Positions 51,264 to 60,328 of a stretch of 64,000 nt of DNA are shown in pieces. Positions within the stretch are counted from its first letter, which is position 1, and every line of letters begins with the position of its first letter. The stretch is from the NCBI GenBank assembly GCA_014879745.1, contig JACSRM010000436.1:11577-75576 (forward strand), read 5' to 3'. The DNA is from Burkholderiaceae bacterium. GTDB lineage: Bacteria > Pseudomonadota > Gammaproteobacteria > Burkholderiales > Burkholderiaceae_C. The translations under genes and the position numbers were made by a program. The notes below the pieces were generated by a model. It searched no databases. It had not been told where the DNA came from and saw only the letters and a program-made list of their open reading frames with translations.

Positions 51264-52895
51264 ATGACCCAGACTCTCAGCGGCGGAGAAGCCATCGTCG
51301 ATGCACTCCTGCGCCACGGCGTCGAACATGTATTCGGCATTCCAGGCGTGCAGACCTACGGCCTGTTCGACGCGCTGCAGCGCGCGGGTGGGCGCATCCG
51401 CACGATCGGCGCGCGCCACGAACAGACCGCCGCCTACATGGCGTTCGGCTACGCGAAGGCGTCGGGCCGCGAAGGCGTCTATTCCGTGGTGCCGGGGCCC
51501 GGCGTGCTCAACACGGCCGCCGCGCTGTGCTCGGCCTTCGGCGCGAGCGCGCCGGTGCTGTGCGTCACGGGCCAAGTGCCCTCCGAGTACATTGGCCGGG
51601 GCTTGGGTCACCTGCACGAACTGCCTGACCAACTCGGCACGCTGCGCTCGATCACGAAGTGGGCTGCGCGCATCGCGCACCCGGCCGAGGCGCCGCGCCT
51701 GGTGGCCGAAGCGTTTACCCAGCTGCGCGTCGGCCGGCCGCAGCCGGTTGCGCTCGAGATGCCGTGGGAGGTGTTCTCGCAGCGCGCGCCAGTGCAGCCG
51801 ATCGACCCGCCTGCAACCTATCCGAAACCGGCTGTCGACGCCGAGGCCATCGCACGTGCCGCCGATTTGCTGGCGAACGCACGCAACCCGATGATCATGA
51901 CGGGCAGTGGCGCCCAGCACGCGGCTGCCGAGGTGCGCGCTCTGGCCGAGTTGCTGCAGGCGCCAGCCGTGCCGTGGCGCGGCGGGCGCGGCATCGTCGC
52001 CGAGGACTCGCACCTCGGATTCAACTGCGCATCGGGCTACCAGCACTGGGCCGACACCGACGTCGTGATCGGCATCGGTTCGCGGATGGAACTGCAGTGG
52101 TTCCGCTGGCCGGCACCGGCGCGTCCGCCCGAGATCGTGCTGATCGACATCGACCCGGCGCAGATGGCGCGCCTGCGCCCCCGCCTGGGGCTGGTCGCCG
52201 ACGCGCGCGACGCCACCACCGCGCTCATCACCGAGCTCGAGCGTCGCGGCCACCGCGCGGCATCGCGGCGCGAGGAATTCGAGGCCGCTCAGCGCCGCAC
52301 GCGCGAGGCGACGCAGGAGGTGCAGCCACACCTGGCGTACCTGCAAGCGATCCGCGCCGCGCTGCCGCGCGACGGCTACTTCGTCGAGGAGATCTGCCAG
52401 GCAGGCTTCAGCTCGTACTTCGGCTTTCCGGTCTACGAGCCGCGCCACTTCGTCACCTGCGGCTACCAGGGCACGCTGGGCTTCGGCTACCCGACGGCGC
52501 TCGGCGTCAAGGTCGCGCAGCCCGACAAGGCCGTGGTCTCGATCGCCGGCGACGGCGGCTTCATGTTCGGCGTGCAGGAGCTGGCGACCGCAGTGCAATA
52601 CGGTATCAATGTCGTCAGCGTCGTGTTCGACAACGGCGCTTTCGGTAACGTGATGCGCGACCAGGAGCAGCGATTCGACGGCCGTGTCATCGGTGCGCAA
52701 CTGCGCAACCCCGACTTCGTCCAGCTCGCGGAGAGTTTCGGCGTCGCGGCCTGGCGTGCAGGTTCGCCCGACGAACTGGGAAAGTTGCTGCGGCGCGCCC
52801 TCGATCTCGACCGGCCGGCACTGATCCACGTGCCGGTCGATCGCGTCGCGGAGGTGTCACCGTGGAAGTACCTGATGCCGGCGCCGCACCGCTGA
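51264..52895 (+). CDS. thiamine-diphosphate-dependent enzyme (acetolactate synthase large subunit-like family)
   Basis: Track ORF starts at 51252. ATG 51264 is preferred (GGAGAGA upstream). ...GGEAIVDALLRHGVEHVFGIPG..., ...IAGDGGFMF...N..(F/Y)G ThDP-binding motif. Confidence 0.85.
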   Translation: MTQTLSGGEAIVDALLRHGVEHVFGIPGVQTYGLFDALQRAGGRIRTIGARHEQTAAYMAFGYAKASGREGVYSVVPGPGVLNTAAALCSAFGASAPVLCVTGQVPSEYIGRGLGHLHELPDQLGTLRSITKWAARIAHPAEAPRLVAEAFTQLRVGRPQPVALEMPWEVFSQRAPVQPIDPPATYPKPAVDAEAIARAADLLANARNPMIMTGSGAQHAAAEVRALAELLQAPAVPWRGGRGIVAEDSHLGFNCASGYQHWADTDVVIGIGSRMELQWFRWPAPARPPEIVLIDIDPAQMARLRPRLGLVADARDATTALITELERRGHRAASRREEFEAAQRRTREATQEVQPHLAYLQAIRAALPRDGYFVEEICQAGFSSYFGFPVYEPRHFVTCGYQGTLGFGYPTALGVKVAQPDKAVVSIAGDGGFMFGVQELATAVQYGINVVSVVFDNGAFGNVMRDQEQRFDGRVIGAQLRNPDFVQLAESFGVAAWRAGSPDELGKLLRRALDLDRPALIHVPVDRVAEVSPWKYLMPAPHR

Positions 52896-53350
52896 GAGGC
52901 AAGCATGTAGCCTTGCATCCAGCCCGAACTTTTCGACAAGGTCGTGCCTTTACTTTCCGATGTCTGCAGCGGCCTGCTGCAGACCATGGACCCGCATGGC
53001 ATCGGCTGCGTCGTGCTGTCACTGTCCAGCCCGGGTCTGCAGATCGAACCGGAGACGCACAAGGCTGCCGCAGCGCGCGGCCAACGACGCGCACTGGCCA
53101 AGGCCGTGGCAACCCATCCGACGCGTTTCGGCGGATGCGCGCACTTGGCGATGCAGGACCCGGCGGCGGCGGACGAACTCGAACGTGCATCAGCCAGCTC
53201 AAGTTCCAGGGCGCGATGATCAGCGGGACGACCCACGGCGTGCGCCTCGAAGATCGGGGCTGCGACGTCTACTGGGAGCGCGTGCAGGCGCTGGACGCAC
53301 CCGTGTACCTGCGTCCGGCCAATCCTTTCACGCGACCTGATCACATCTAG
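52896..53350 (+). pseudogene. amidohydrolase-2/ACMSD-family decarboxylase (gamma-resorcylate-decarboxylase-like) N-terminal half, frameshifted and truncated
   Basis: Pieces lie in three frames: GKHVAL..., ...LLQTMDPHGIGCVVLSLSSPGLQIEPETHKAAA...ALAKAVATHPTRFGGCAHLAMQDPAAADELER..., then ...QLKFQGAMISGTTHGVRLEDRGCDVYWERVQALDAPVYLRPANPF and a stop. The order is colinear with the N-terminal ~170 aa of this family. Confidence 0.7.
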
Positions 53351-53739
53351 TCCAGGCCGTTGGGCCGCCTCTCTATGAAGCGCGGACACACGTCGAGCAC
53401 CAGTGCGATGCTCATCAGCACGATGGAGAGCGCCACGGTACCCTGCATCGCCGCGTCGCCGATCCCGCGTGGCGAGCCACAGCGGAACTTCGGCCGCCAG
53501 CCAGACCAACACCGTCACCGGTGCAATCCACGTCATTGCGCCGCGAACGGGCCGCATGATTCATCGCTCCGAAGAAATGCCATCGGCTCGATCGAGCCGG
53601 CCCAGCGACCAACGCACGCCAGAGCCCGGATAGGGCCTCGGACTCGCATCGCGCAAGGATGGGTCAGCGCGGTGGCCCCAGGCACTGCGATCCATTGGCG
53701 GCCCGTGCATGGCGGCGCTGGGCTCAATCGCAGTCAGGT

Positions 53740-55140
53740 TCAGGCGCAACGCTCGATGGCGAGCTCTTCCATGGGCGCTGCGCCGCCCTCCTCCGCCGTC
53801 GGCGGCGGCGGCAAGGCGCGCTTTTCACCGGGGGCCGGGTCACCTGGATCGCCTGGAATCGGCAGGCCGGGGCGCGGCAACGTGGCCCCAGGGCGCGCTT
53901 CGCCCGCGTAGGCTGCATCGAGGCGCTTGTCTATCTCCACTGCGGATATGCCGGCTGTGTGCAGGCGCTCGACGGCCTCATCGGCGACCACGCGGCGCCG
54001 GTATTCGATCGGCGCGTTGGGCGACGGCACTCGCTCGCGCTGGCGACGCGCCATGCGCTGAAGCATGTTCCACGCCTTGCGGTGCTCGGCGATCGGCCAG
54101 GTCTCGACCTGCCCGCTCGCCTCGAAGTCGCGCCACAACTCGACGGCTGCTGCGGTGCGCAGCACGACCAGCGTCGCACGGTCGGTGCCGATCCCGCCGC
54201 ATGAGATGTCGGCGAGTTCGGCCGAGAAGTCTGTGCAGTGGGCACAGGCCGGCCGCTGGTACTCCGCCATCGCCTCGGCAAGGGGAACGCTGGCGACACT
54301 GCCGTCGCGGGTGTGGATCAGCACCTCGCCCTTGACGTTGAACTTCTCGACATCGGCCAGCGCGATGCCCATGCGCTCCTGCACCCGCTCGGTCATCAGT
54401 TCCGGGCGGAACACCTCTGTGCAGAACAGACCGACGCTGATAGCGACACGCTCGGACAGGCCGCGCAGAAAGCGGCGCTGGTGCCCGACCATCGTGTGAT
54501 GCTTTCCTTCACGCAGCAGGAAGCCGGGATCAACGCTGCCCATCTTGCGCACCGGCGTCACTTGGCAGGGTACGCCAACGAAGGCTACGCGCTGCAATCC
54601 GTCGGTCTTCGCCTGCGAAAGCGCGAGCGGGTTCGGGCAATAGGTGTACCAACTGCCCGCGCTGGCCTCGATCTCGGCGACGGTCGTCGCGAGCCGTGGT
54701 GACGGAAAGCATGGCGGATCGTCCTCACCGACCGCGGCCAGCGCGGCACCGTCGATGCGTCCAGTCTCGCGCGCCCAGGCGAGCAGCGCGGTGACGATGC
54801 CACCGTCCTGCGCGCGCGCCACCGCGCGCCGCGAGCGGGCGACGAAGACGTGCCGGTAGACGCCGAACACGCCCTCCCAGCGACGCTCGTCGGCGAACGC
54901 CGCGTCGCGCAACTGCAGCTCGTAGGGCTCGATGCGAGGGCACACCGCCGCGCAAACGTCGCAGCCCTTTGTCGCGCTGACGAAGCAGTAGTCGAAGGCA
55001 CGCACCTGCGGGTCGGCCACGCGCGGGCGGCCGTCGACGTATTCGATGACCTTGTACGGGCAGACGGTGACACAGGCCGCGCACTCGGCACAGCGGCCGA
55101 CGGCGACGACGTCGTTCATCATCATGGCGAAGGTCGGCAT
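53740..55140 (-). CDS. coenzyme F420 hydrogenase/dehydrogenase beta-subunit (FrhB/FdhB)-family protein with N-terminal 4Fe-4S ferredoxin-type motif and Pro-rich C-terminal tail
   Basis: ATG 55140 (MPTFAMMMNDVVAVGRCAECAACVTVCPY...). ...DGGIVTALLAWARETGRIDGA..., ...CAHCTDFSAELADISCGGIG... are typical of FrhB_FdhB N/C domains. The last ~100 aa (…PGLPIPGDPGDPAPGEKRALPPPP…) were not recognised. Confidence 0.75.
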   Translation of the reverse strand: MPTFAMMMNDVVAVGRCAECAACVTVCPYKVIEYVDGRPRVADPQVRAFDYCFVSATKGCDVCAAVCPRIEPYELQLRDAAFADERRWEGVFGVYRHVFVARSRRAVARAQDGGIVTALLAWARETGRIDGAALAAVGEDDPPCFPSPRLATTVAEIEASAGSWYTYCPNPLALSQAKTDGLQRVAFVGVPCQVTPVRKMGSVDPGFLLREGKHHTMVGHQRRFLRGLSERVAISVGLFCTEVFRPELMTERVQERMGIALADVEKFNVKGEVLIHTRDGSVASVPLAEAMAEYQRPACAHCTDFSAELADISCGGIGTDRATLVVLRTAAAVELWRDFEASGQVETWPIAEHRKAWNMLQRMARRQRERVPSPNAPIEYRRRVVADEAVERLHTAGISAVEIDKRLDAAYAGEARPGATLPRPGLPIPGDPGDPAPGEKRALPPPPTAEEGGAAPMEELAIERCA

Positions 55141-55196
55141 CTCGGGCACGGCAGGCTCCAAAGGGTGGAAGTGGCGCTGCGGGGCGCCGGATCGGG

Positions 55197-57608
55197 TCAG
55201 GCAGCGGCGCCATGTAGCGCGGGGCTGGCATGCATGAGACGCATCTCGGCGGCGTCCCCATAGAGTGTGGTGCGCTGACGCGGGGTGCGGCCCAGGTCGC
55301 GCACGACGCGTTCGATGCGCACGACGTCCATCGCTTGGCCGTGAAGCGCACCGGCGGCGCGCGAGATGCTCTCCTCCATCAGCGTGCCGCCGAAGTCGTT
55401 CGCGCCGGCCTGCAGCACGTGGCGCATCACTTCCTCGCCGAGCTTGACCCAGGAGCCCTGAATATTCGGCACGAGCGGATGCAGCGCGAGGCGGGCGACA
55501 GCGTGCACGAGCACCGCCTCGCGCAAGGTCGCGCCAGCACGCGCGGCGCCGGAGGCAAACAGCGGCGTCGCATCCGCGACGAATGGCAGAGGAACGAACT
55601 CGGTGAAGCCGCCACTTCGCACTTGCAGGCGGCGCAGGTGCAGCAGGTGGCGCGCCCAGTGCTCGGGACGGTCGACGTGACCGAACATCATCGTCGCCGT
55701 GCTGCGCAGACCGAGGTCGTGCGCGGTGCCGACCACCTCCAGCCACTCGTCGGTGCTCAGCTTGTCCGGGCAGATGACGCGGCGCACCTCTTCGTCGAGG
55801 ATTTCGGCCGCGGTGCCAGGCAGGCTGCCCAGGCCGGCATCGCGCAGCGCGGCGAGGAACTCGCGCACGCCGATGCCCGAAGCCGCCGCCCCGTGGTGGA
55901 TCTCGAGCGGCGAGAACGCGTGGACGTGGATGGCGGGCGCCGCGCGCTTGACGGCGCGCACGATGTCGAGGTAGTGCCCGGCGTCGTAGCGGCGCCGTAT
56001 CCCGCCCTGGATGCAGACCTCGGTCGCACCGCTCGCCCAGGCATCAGCACTGCGCCGCGCGATCTCGTCGGCGTCCAGCTCGTACGGCGCGTCGCGTGCC
56101 GGTGCCTCGGTCCGGCCGCGCGAGAACGCACAGAACCCGCAGCGGTAGCCGCACAGATTGGTGTAGGTGATGTTGCGCGTGACGACGTAGCCGACCACTT
56201 CTGCGCAGACCTGCCGGCGCAACGCGTCGGCCGCTTCGCACACACGCCAGAAGTCGGCGCCGCGCGCGCGCAGCAGCGCAGCGATCTGATCTTCGCCAAG
56301 TTCGCGTCCCTGCACGGCGTCGTCGAGCGCACGCTCGAGCGCGAGTCGCATTGGCGTGCGCGGGCGAGCCAGCGGGTGTGCCGGCTCGCGCGGCGGCACG
56401 CCGGGTCGGCCCGGTGCCCAGTCGCCGACGCGCGCAAGCCCGTCGGCGTCGCTGGCGCGCAGCACACGCGTGTGCAACGCCGGATCGATCCAGCCCCCGG
56501 GGTCGGTGATCCAGCGCGGATGCGCGGCAAGCCGCTCGACGAGTACCTTGCCGGCCGCCGCGCTCGCCTGTGCCAACTGTTCGACCTGCGGCCACGGCGC
56601 CTCCGGATTCACATGGTCGGCAGTGACAGGCGATACGCCACCCCAGTCGTCGATCCCGGCATCGATGAGCTGCTGCAGCGGACCGACCGCCAGGTTGGGC
56701 GGTGCCTGAATGTGCGTGTTCGGCCCGAAGACGATGCGCGCGACCGCGATCGTCCACAGGTGCTCGCCGAACGACAGTGACGGTGCATGCGCCATGCGCG
56801 TGCCCGGCTTGGCACGGAAGTTCTGCACGATCACTTCCTGCAGGTGCCCGTAGCGATCGTCGAGGTCGCGCAGTTCGAGCAGCGAGGCGATGCGTTCGAG
56901 CCGCGTTTCGCCGATACCGACCAGGATGCCGGACGTGAACGGCACTGAAGCCGCACCGGCCGCGGCGATCGTCGCCAAGCGCGACGCCGGTCGTTTGTCG
57001 GGGCAGCCGTGGTGCGGCCCGCCGTACGCGGCAAGTCGCTCCGCGCTGCTTTCGAGCATCAGTCCCATCGACAGCGCGAGCGGGCGCAACGCGTCGATCT
57101 GCGCACGGCTCATCACGCCCGGGTTGAGGTGCGGCAGCAGCGCCGTGTGCTCGACCACGAGCCGGGCCATCGCCGCGACGTAGTCGAGTGTGGAGCGATA
57201 GCCGAGCCGCCGCAGCGTATCCCGCGCCGCGCGGTACCGTGTCTCCGGTCGGTCGCCGAGCGTGAACAGCGCTTCCTTGCACCCGGCACGCTGACCCGCC
57301 TCGGCGATGGCCAGAACCTCGTCCGGCGACAGGTAGGCCGGTTGGCCGTCCTGCGGCGGATGCGCATAGGCACAGTAGCCGCAGCGGTCGCGACACAGGT
57401 GGGAGAGCGGGATGAAAACCTTGCGCGACCAGGTGATCGCGTCGCCGAAGGCGCGATCGCGGATGAATCCCGCTACCGTCATCAGCGCGGCAATATCGTC
57501 GCACTCGGCAAGTGCCAGCGCATCGAAGGCGTTCGGGCGCTCGCCGACGAGTGCACGCTGCAGGACGTGGGCAATCCGGTTCGATTGGAAATCGTTCGAC
57601 ATGGTCAT
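55197..57608 (-). CDS. fbiC: bifunctional FO synthase (7,8-didemethyl-8-hydroxy-5-deazariboflavin synthase, CofG+CofH fusion)
   Basis: ATG 57608 overlaps the cofC stop (ATGA). Two radical-SAM motifs, CRDRCGYC and CGYRCGFC. About 803 aa, colinear with FbiC. Confidence 0.9.
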   Translation of the reverse strand: MTMSNDFQSNRIAHVLQRALVGERPNAFDALALAECDDIAALMTVAGFIRDRAFGDAITWSRKVFIPLSHLCRDRCGYCAYAHPPQDGQPAYLSPDEVLAIAEAGQRAGCKEALFTLGDRPETRYRAARDTLRRLGYRSTLDYVAAMARLVVEHTALLPHLNPGVMSRAQIDALRPLALSMGLMLESSAERLAAYGGPHHGCPDKRPASRLATIAAAGAASVPFTSGILVGIGETRLERIASLLELRDLDDRYGHLQEVIVQNFRAKPGTRMAHAPSLSFGEHLWTIAVARIVFGPNTHIQAPPNLAVGPLQQLIDAGIDDWGGVSPVTADHVNPEAPWPQVEQLAQASAAAGKVLVERLAAHPRWITDPGGWIDPALHTRVLRASDADGLARVGDWAPGRPGVPPREPAHPLARPRTPMRLALERALDDAVQGRELGEDQIAALLRARGADFWRVCEAADALRRQVCAEVVGYVVTRNITYTNLCGYRCGFCAFSRGRTEAPARDAPYELDADEIARRSADAWASGATEVCIQGGIRRRYDAGHYLDIVRAVKRAAPAIHVHAFSPLEIHHGAAASGIGVREFLAALRDAGLGSLPGTAAEILDEEVRRVICPDKLSTDEWLEVVGTAHDLGLRSTATMMFGHVDRPEHWARHLLHLRRLQVRSGGFTEFVPLPFVADATPLFASGAARAGATLREAVLVHAVARLALHPLVPNIQGSWVKLGEEVMRHVLQAGANDFGGTLMEESISRAAGALHGQAMDVVRIERVVRDLGRTPRQRTTLYGDAAEMRLMHASPALHGAAA

Positions 57609-58312
57609 CGGTTCAGGACGCGCGGCGGTGGCAGCGGTAGCGGTAGCGGCGACGCCGGCGTGACCGGGTCGACGAGGTTGAGGGCTTCGATCAGTCGCCA
57701 GGTCCGGGTCGGCGACGGCACCGCGGCGAAGCGGCGCAGGTCGTCCGGCGTGTCGAGGTCCAGCCCGATGCCGGGCAGAGGCCGCACGCGCGGCACGAGG
57801 CCGGTGATGCAGGCCGCAAGCAGGTTGCGCGCGCAACTGTCGCGACCGAAGAACAGAGCGACGCGGTCGGGCGGCGTCAGCAGCACGCCGTTGCTGCCGC
57901 GTCCGTCGAGCGACGGCACGATCGTCAACCCGGCAGCCTCACCATGCGCGGCGAGCACCGCGTCCACCTCGCACGCGCTGATACCGGGGACGTCGCCGTG
58001 CACCACGAACATGCCGCCGCGGCCCGAGCCGGCCAGCCAGCGCGCTGTATGAGCCACCGCCGGGGTCAGCGCACGGTCGTCGGGGTCCAGCCGAACCTCG
58101 GCGCCGTGACGCCGCGCGATGCATGCGGCTGCCGGGTCGCGCGTCACCACGATCACACCGGCCAGACGCTGCGAGCGGCCGAGCTCGTCGAGCACATCGG
58201 CCAGCATGGCCTGTGCGAGGTGGGATCGCACTTGGGCGCTGGCGGCGCCAGCCATGCGCTGCTTGGCGAACCGAAACGGCTTCACCGGAACGACGGCCCA
58301 GCAGTCGATCAT
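57605..58312 (-). CDS. cofC: 2-phospho-L-lactate (or PEP/3-PG) guanylyltransferase
   Basis: 235 aa. ...CWAVVPVKPFRFAKQRM..., ...VVTRD..., ...GDVPGI... are typical of CofC/FbiD. Start overlaps the cofD stop (ATGA). Confidence 0.85.
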   Translation of the reverse strand: MIDCWAVVPVKPFRFAKQRMAGAASAQVRSHLAQAMLADVLDELGRSQRLAGVIVVTRDPAAACIARRHGAEVRLDPDDRALTPAVAHTARWLAGSGRGGMFVVHGDVPGISACEVDAVLAAHGEAAGLTIVPSLDGRGSNGVLLTPPDRVALFFGRDSCARNLLAACITGLVPRVRPLPGIGLDLDTPDDLRRFAAVPSPTRTWRLIEALNLVDPVTPASPLPLPLPPPRVLNR

Positions 58313-59310
58313 GGCCTTGCGCCATGGCGCCCTGCCGCTGTGCGCGTCGCGAGCCGCTCGGCAACCGGTAGCGTCGCCAATTGCGCCGCCGTCGCGAGGA
58401 CCGTGCGGGCCAGCGCCTCGCGTTGCTCGAGATCGTCCATCAGGATGCGGGCGATCACCGGCTCGATTCCGACCTCCGCTACTGCCTCCGCATCCGCCGC
58501 GTCGACCAGCAAGGCGTCGATCAATCCGGCATAGCGGCGCGCAACGCCGGCCGCGCTCGCGGGCAGGCCCAAGTCCCGCATCAGCTTGACGGTCGGTCCT
58601 TTCACTGCCTGGCCGGCGATCACCGGCGAGACGGCCACCACCGGTGCCGGGCAGGCGGCAAGGGCATCGCGCACCCCGGGCAGCGCGAGCATCGGCTCGA
58701 CACTGAGCAGTGGGTTCGACGGGCAGACGATGACCGCGCGCAGCGACGCACCCGCCAGCCCCTCACGCAGCGCCTCAGCCGGCCGTGCAATGTCCGCGCC
58801 AGCATAGGCCACCGCGCGCACCGCCGGGGCGCATCGACGGCGCACGAAGTAGTCCTGGAAGTCGAGCCAGCCATCGTCGGTACGCAGGCGGGTCGCCACC
58901 GCATCGTCGCTCATCGGCACGATGCGTGCGGCTATGCCCAGTCGCGATACGACCGCGTGCGTGACTTGGCCGAGCGTGTGCCCGGCCGCGAGCCGATGAG
59001 TTCGCTCGACGTGCATCGCGAGATCGGCGTCGCCGATGCGAAACCACGTCTCGCCTCCGAGCGACTCCAGAGCATCCATGAAGTGCCAGCTCTCGTCGCG
59101 CCGGCCCCAGCCGCGCTGCGGGTCGGCCAGGCCCGCGAGCGTGTAGACCAGCGTGTCCACATCCGGAGACACGGCGAGGCCGAGATGTCGGAAGTCGTCG
59201 CCGGTGTTGGCGACGACCGTCAGCGTCCCGGGCGCGAGCACGCGCGATAGCCCCAGCGCGAGCTTGGCTCCGCCGACTCCGCCCGAAAGGGCGAGCACCG
59301 TGCCGCTCAT
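58309..59310 (-). CDS. cofD: 2-phospho-L-lactate transferase (FO phosphotransferase)
   Basis: ATG 59310 overlaps the cofE stop (ATGA). ...VLALSGGVGGAKLALGL..., ...VANTGDDF..., ...CPSNPLLS.... Confidence 0.9.
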   Translation of the reverse strand: MSGTVLALSGGVGGAKLALGLSRVLAPGTLTVVANTGDDFRHLGLAVSPDVDTLVYTLAGLADPQRGWGRRDESWHFMDALESLGGETWFRIGDADLAMHVERTHRLAAGHTLGQVTHAVVSRLGIAARIVPMSDDAVATRLRTDDGWLDFQDYFVRRRCAPAVRAVAYAGADIARPAEALREGLAGASLRAVIVCPSNPLLSVEPMLALPGVRDALAACPAPVVAVSPVIAGQAVKGPTVKLMRDLGLPASAAGVARRYAGLIDALLVDAADAEAVAEVGIEPVIARILMDDLEQREALARTVLATAAQLATLPVAERLATRTAAGRHGARP

Positions 59311-60080
59311 CGAAACAGATCCTCGCTCGGTGGCCGCAGTAGTGAACAAGCCGGCAGCGGCGGTCCCTGCAAAGCAAGCCCGCGAACAACGACCGCCGGC
59401 ACCGCCTCGTCGGCCTGGCCCATCAGCAGCGAGGCAGCAGCGGCGATCTCGTCGGCGAGGGCAACCTCGGTGATGCGCAATGTGCGGCCGAACAGATCCG
59501 GCCGACCCCGCAGGTCGTGCAACGCGGGCAGTCCGCTGCAGCCGAGTGCGACGCCGACACTGCCTCGCCGCCAGGGGCGGCCGAAGCTGTCGTTGACGAT
59601 CACGGCAATGGTGCCACCGCAACGCGCTTGCAGCGCGTCGCGCAGCCGCTCGGCACTGCGGTCGGGGTCCGCGGGCAGCAGCAGGGCCAGATCGTCATCG
59701 CCGCCGACGTTCGACTGATCGACACCGGCATTGGCCATCACGAAGCCGAGCCTGTGCTCGACGATGAGCACGTCCTTGCGGCTGCGCACGACGCGCACCG
59801 ACTCGCCGAGGATGATCTCGACCAAGCGCGCGTCCTTGCCGGTCTCGCGGGCGAGTTCGCGCGCGCGCGCCGATGGCGTTATGCGCCGCAGGTCGACCGT
59901 GCGGCCCTCAGCCTTCGAGACGATCTTCTGCGCGAACACGACCACGTCGCCCGCGCGCAGCGAACCGCCCGAGCGATCGAGCGAAGCGACGAGGAGCGAG
60001 ACTAGATCGTCGCCCGGCTGCACCAGCGGCAGCCCGGCGACGCCGATCAGCGACAGCGCCGGTGCGGCGCGTACGTTCAT
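59307..60080 (-). CDS. cofE: coenzyme F420-0:L-glutamate ligase (stand-alone, no fused nitroreductase domain)
   Basis: ATG 60080 (MNVRAAPALSLIGVAGLPLVQPGDDL...). ...VVFAQKIVSKAEGR..., ...GFVMANAGVDQSNV..., ...NDSFGRPWRRG.... About 257 aa. Confidence 0.9.
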   Translation of the reverse strand: MNVRAAPALSLIGVAGLPLVQPGDDLVSLLVASLDRSGGSLRAGDVVVFAQKIVSKAEGRTVDLRRITPSARARELARETGKDARLVEIILGESVRVVRSRKDVLIVEHRLGFVMANAGVDQSNVGGDDDLALLLPADPDRSAERLRDALQARCGGTIAVIVNDSFGRPWRRGSVGVALGCSGLPALHDLRGRPDLFGRTLRITEVALADEIAAAASLLMGQADEAVPAVVVRGLALQGPPLPACSLLRPPSEDLFR

Positions 60081-60169
60081 GGCGAGCCTCGCCGTTCCAA
60101 TGCGTTCATCACGCAGATAGCGTAGGACGAACGCGCGCGCCGCCCAAGCGGAACTCTTGGATGGCTCGT

Positions 60170-60184
60170 ATCGATCGCGACGAT
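60170..60184. promoter_or_regulatory. ATC-N9-GAT (nod-box-core/LTTR-like) palindrome ATCGATCGCGACGAT in the cofE / LysR divergent region
   Basis: Read directly. About 90 nt upstream of the cofE start and about 145 nt upstream of the LysR start. Confidence 0.3.
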
Positions 60185-60328
60185 GCACGCGCGGGATGAG
60201 GACGCGACCTTGACTTCGATCAAACGAACCATCCACGGCGCGCGAGACCATCCATCCGGAACATGCCGCTGCCAGGATCGCACCGTTCGACGCATGCGGC
60301 GGCGACGGGCGTGTCAGCAGGACGATCG

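Noticed and set aside
53349-53524. Small hydrophobic reading frames downstream of the FrhB-like gene on the minus strand (MTWIAPVTVLVWLAAEVPLWLA... and MQGTVALSIVLMSIALVLDVCPRFIERRPNGLD)
   Set aside because: They lie in two different frames and neither could be tied to a family. They are possibly debris of a membrane protein gene. Not enough evidence for a call.
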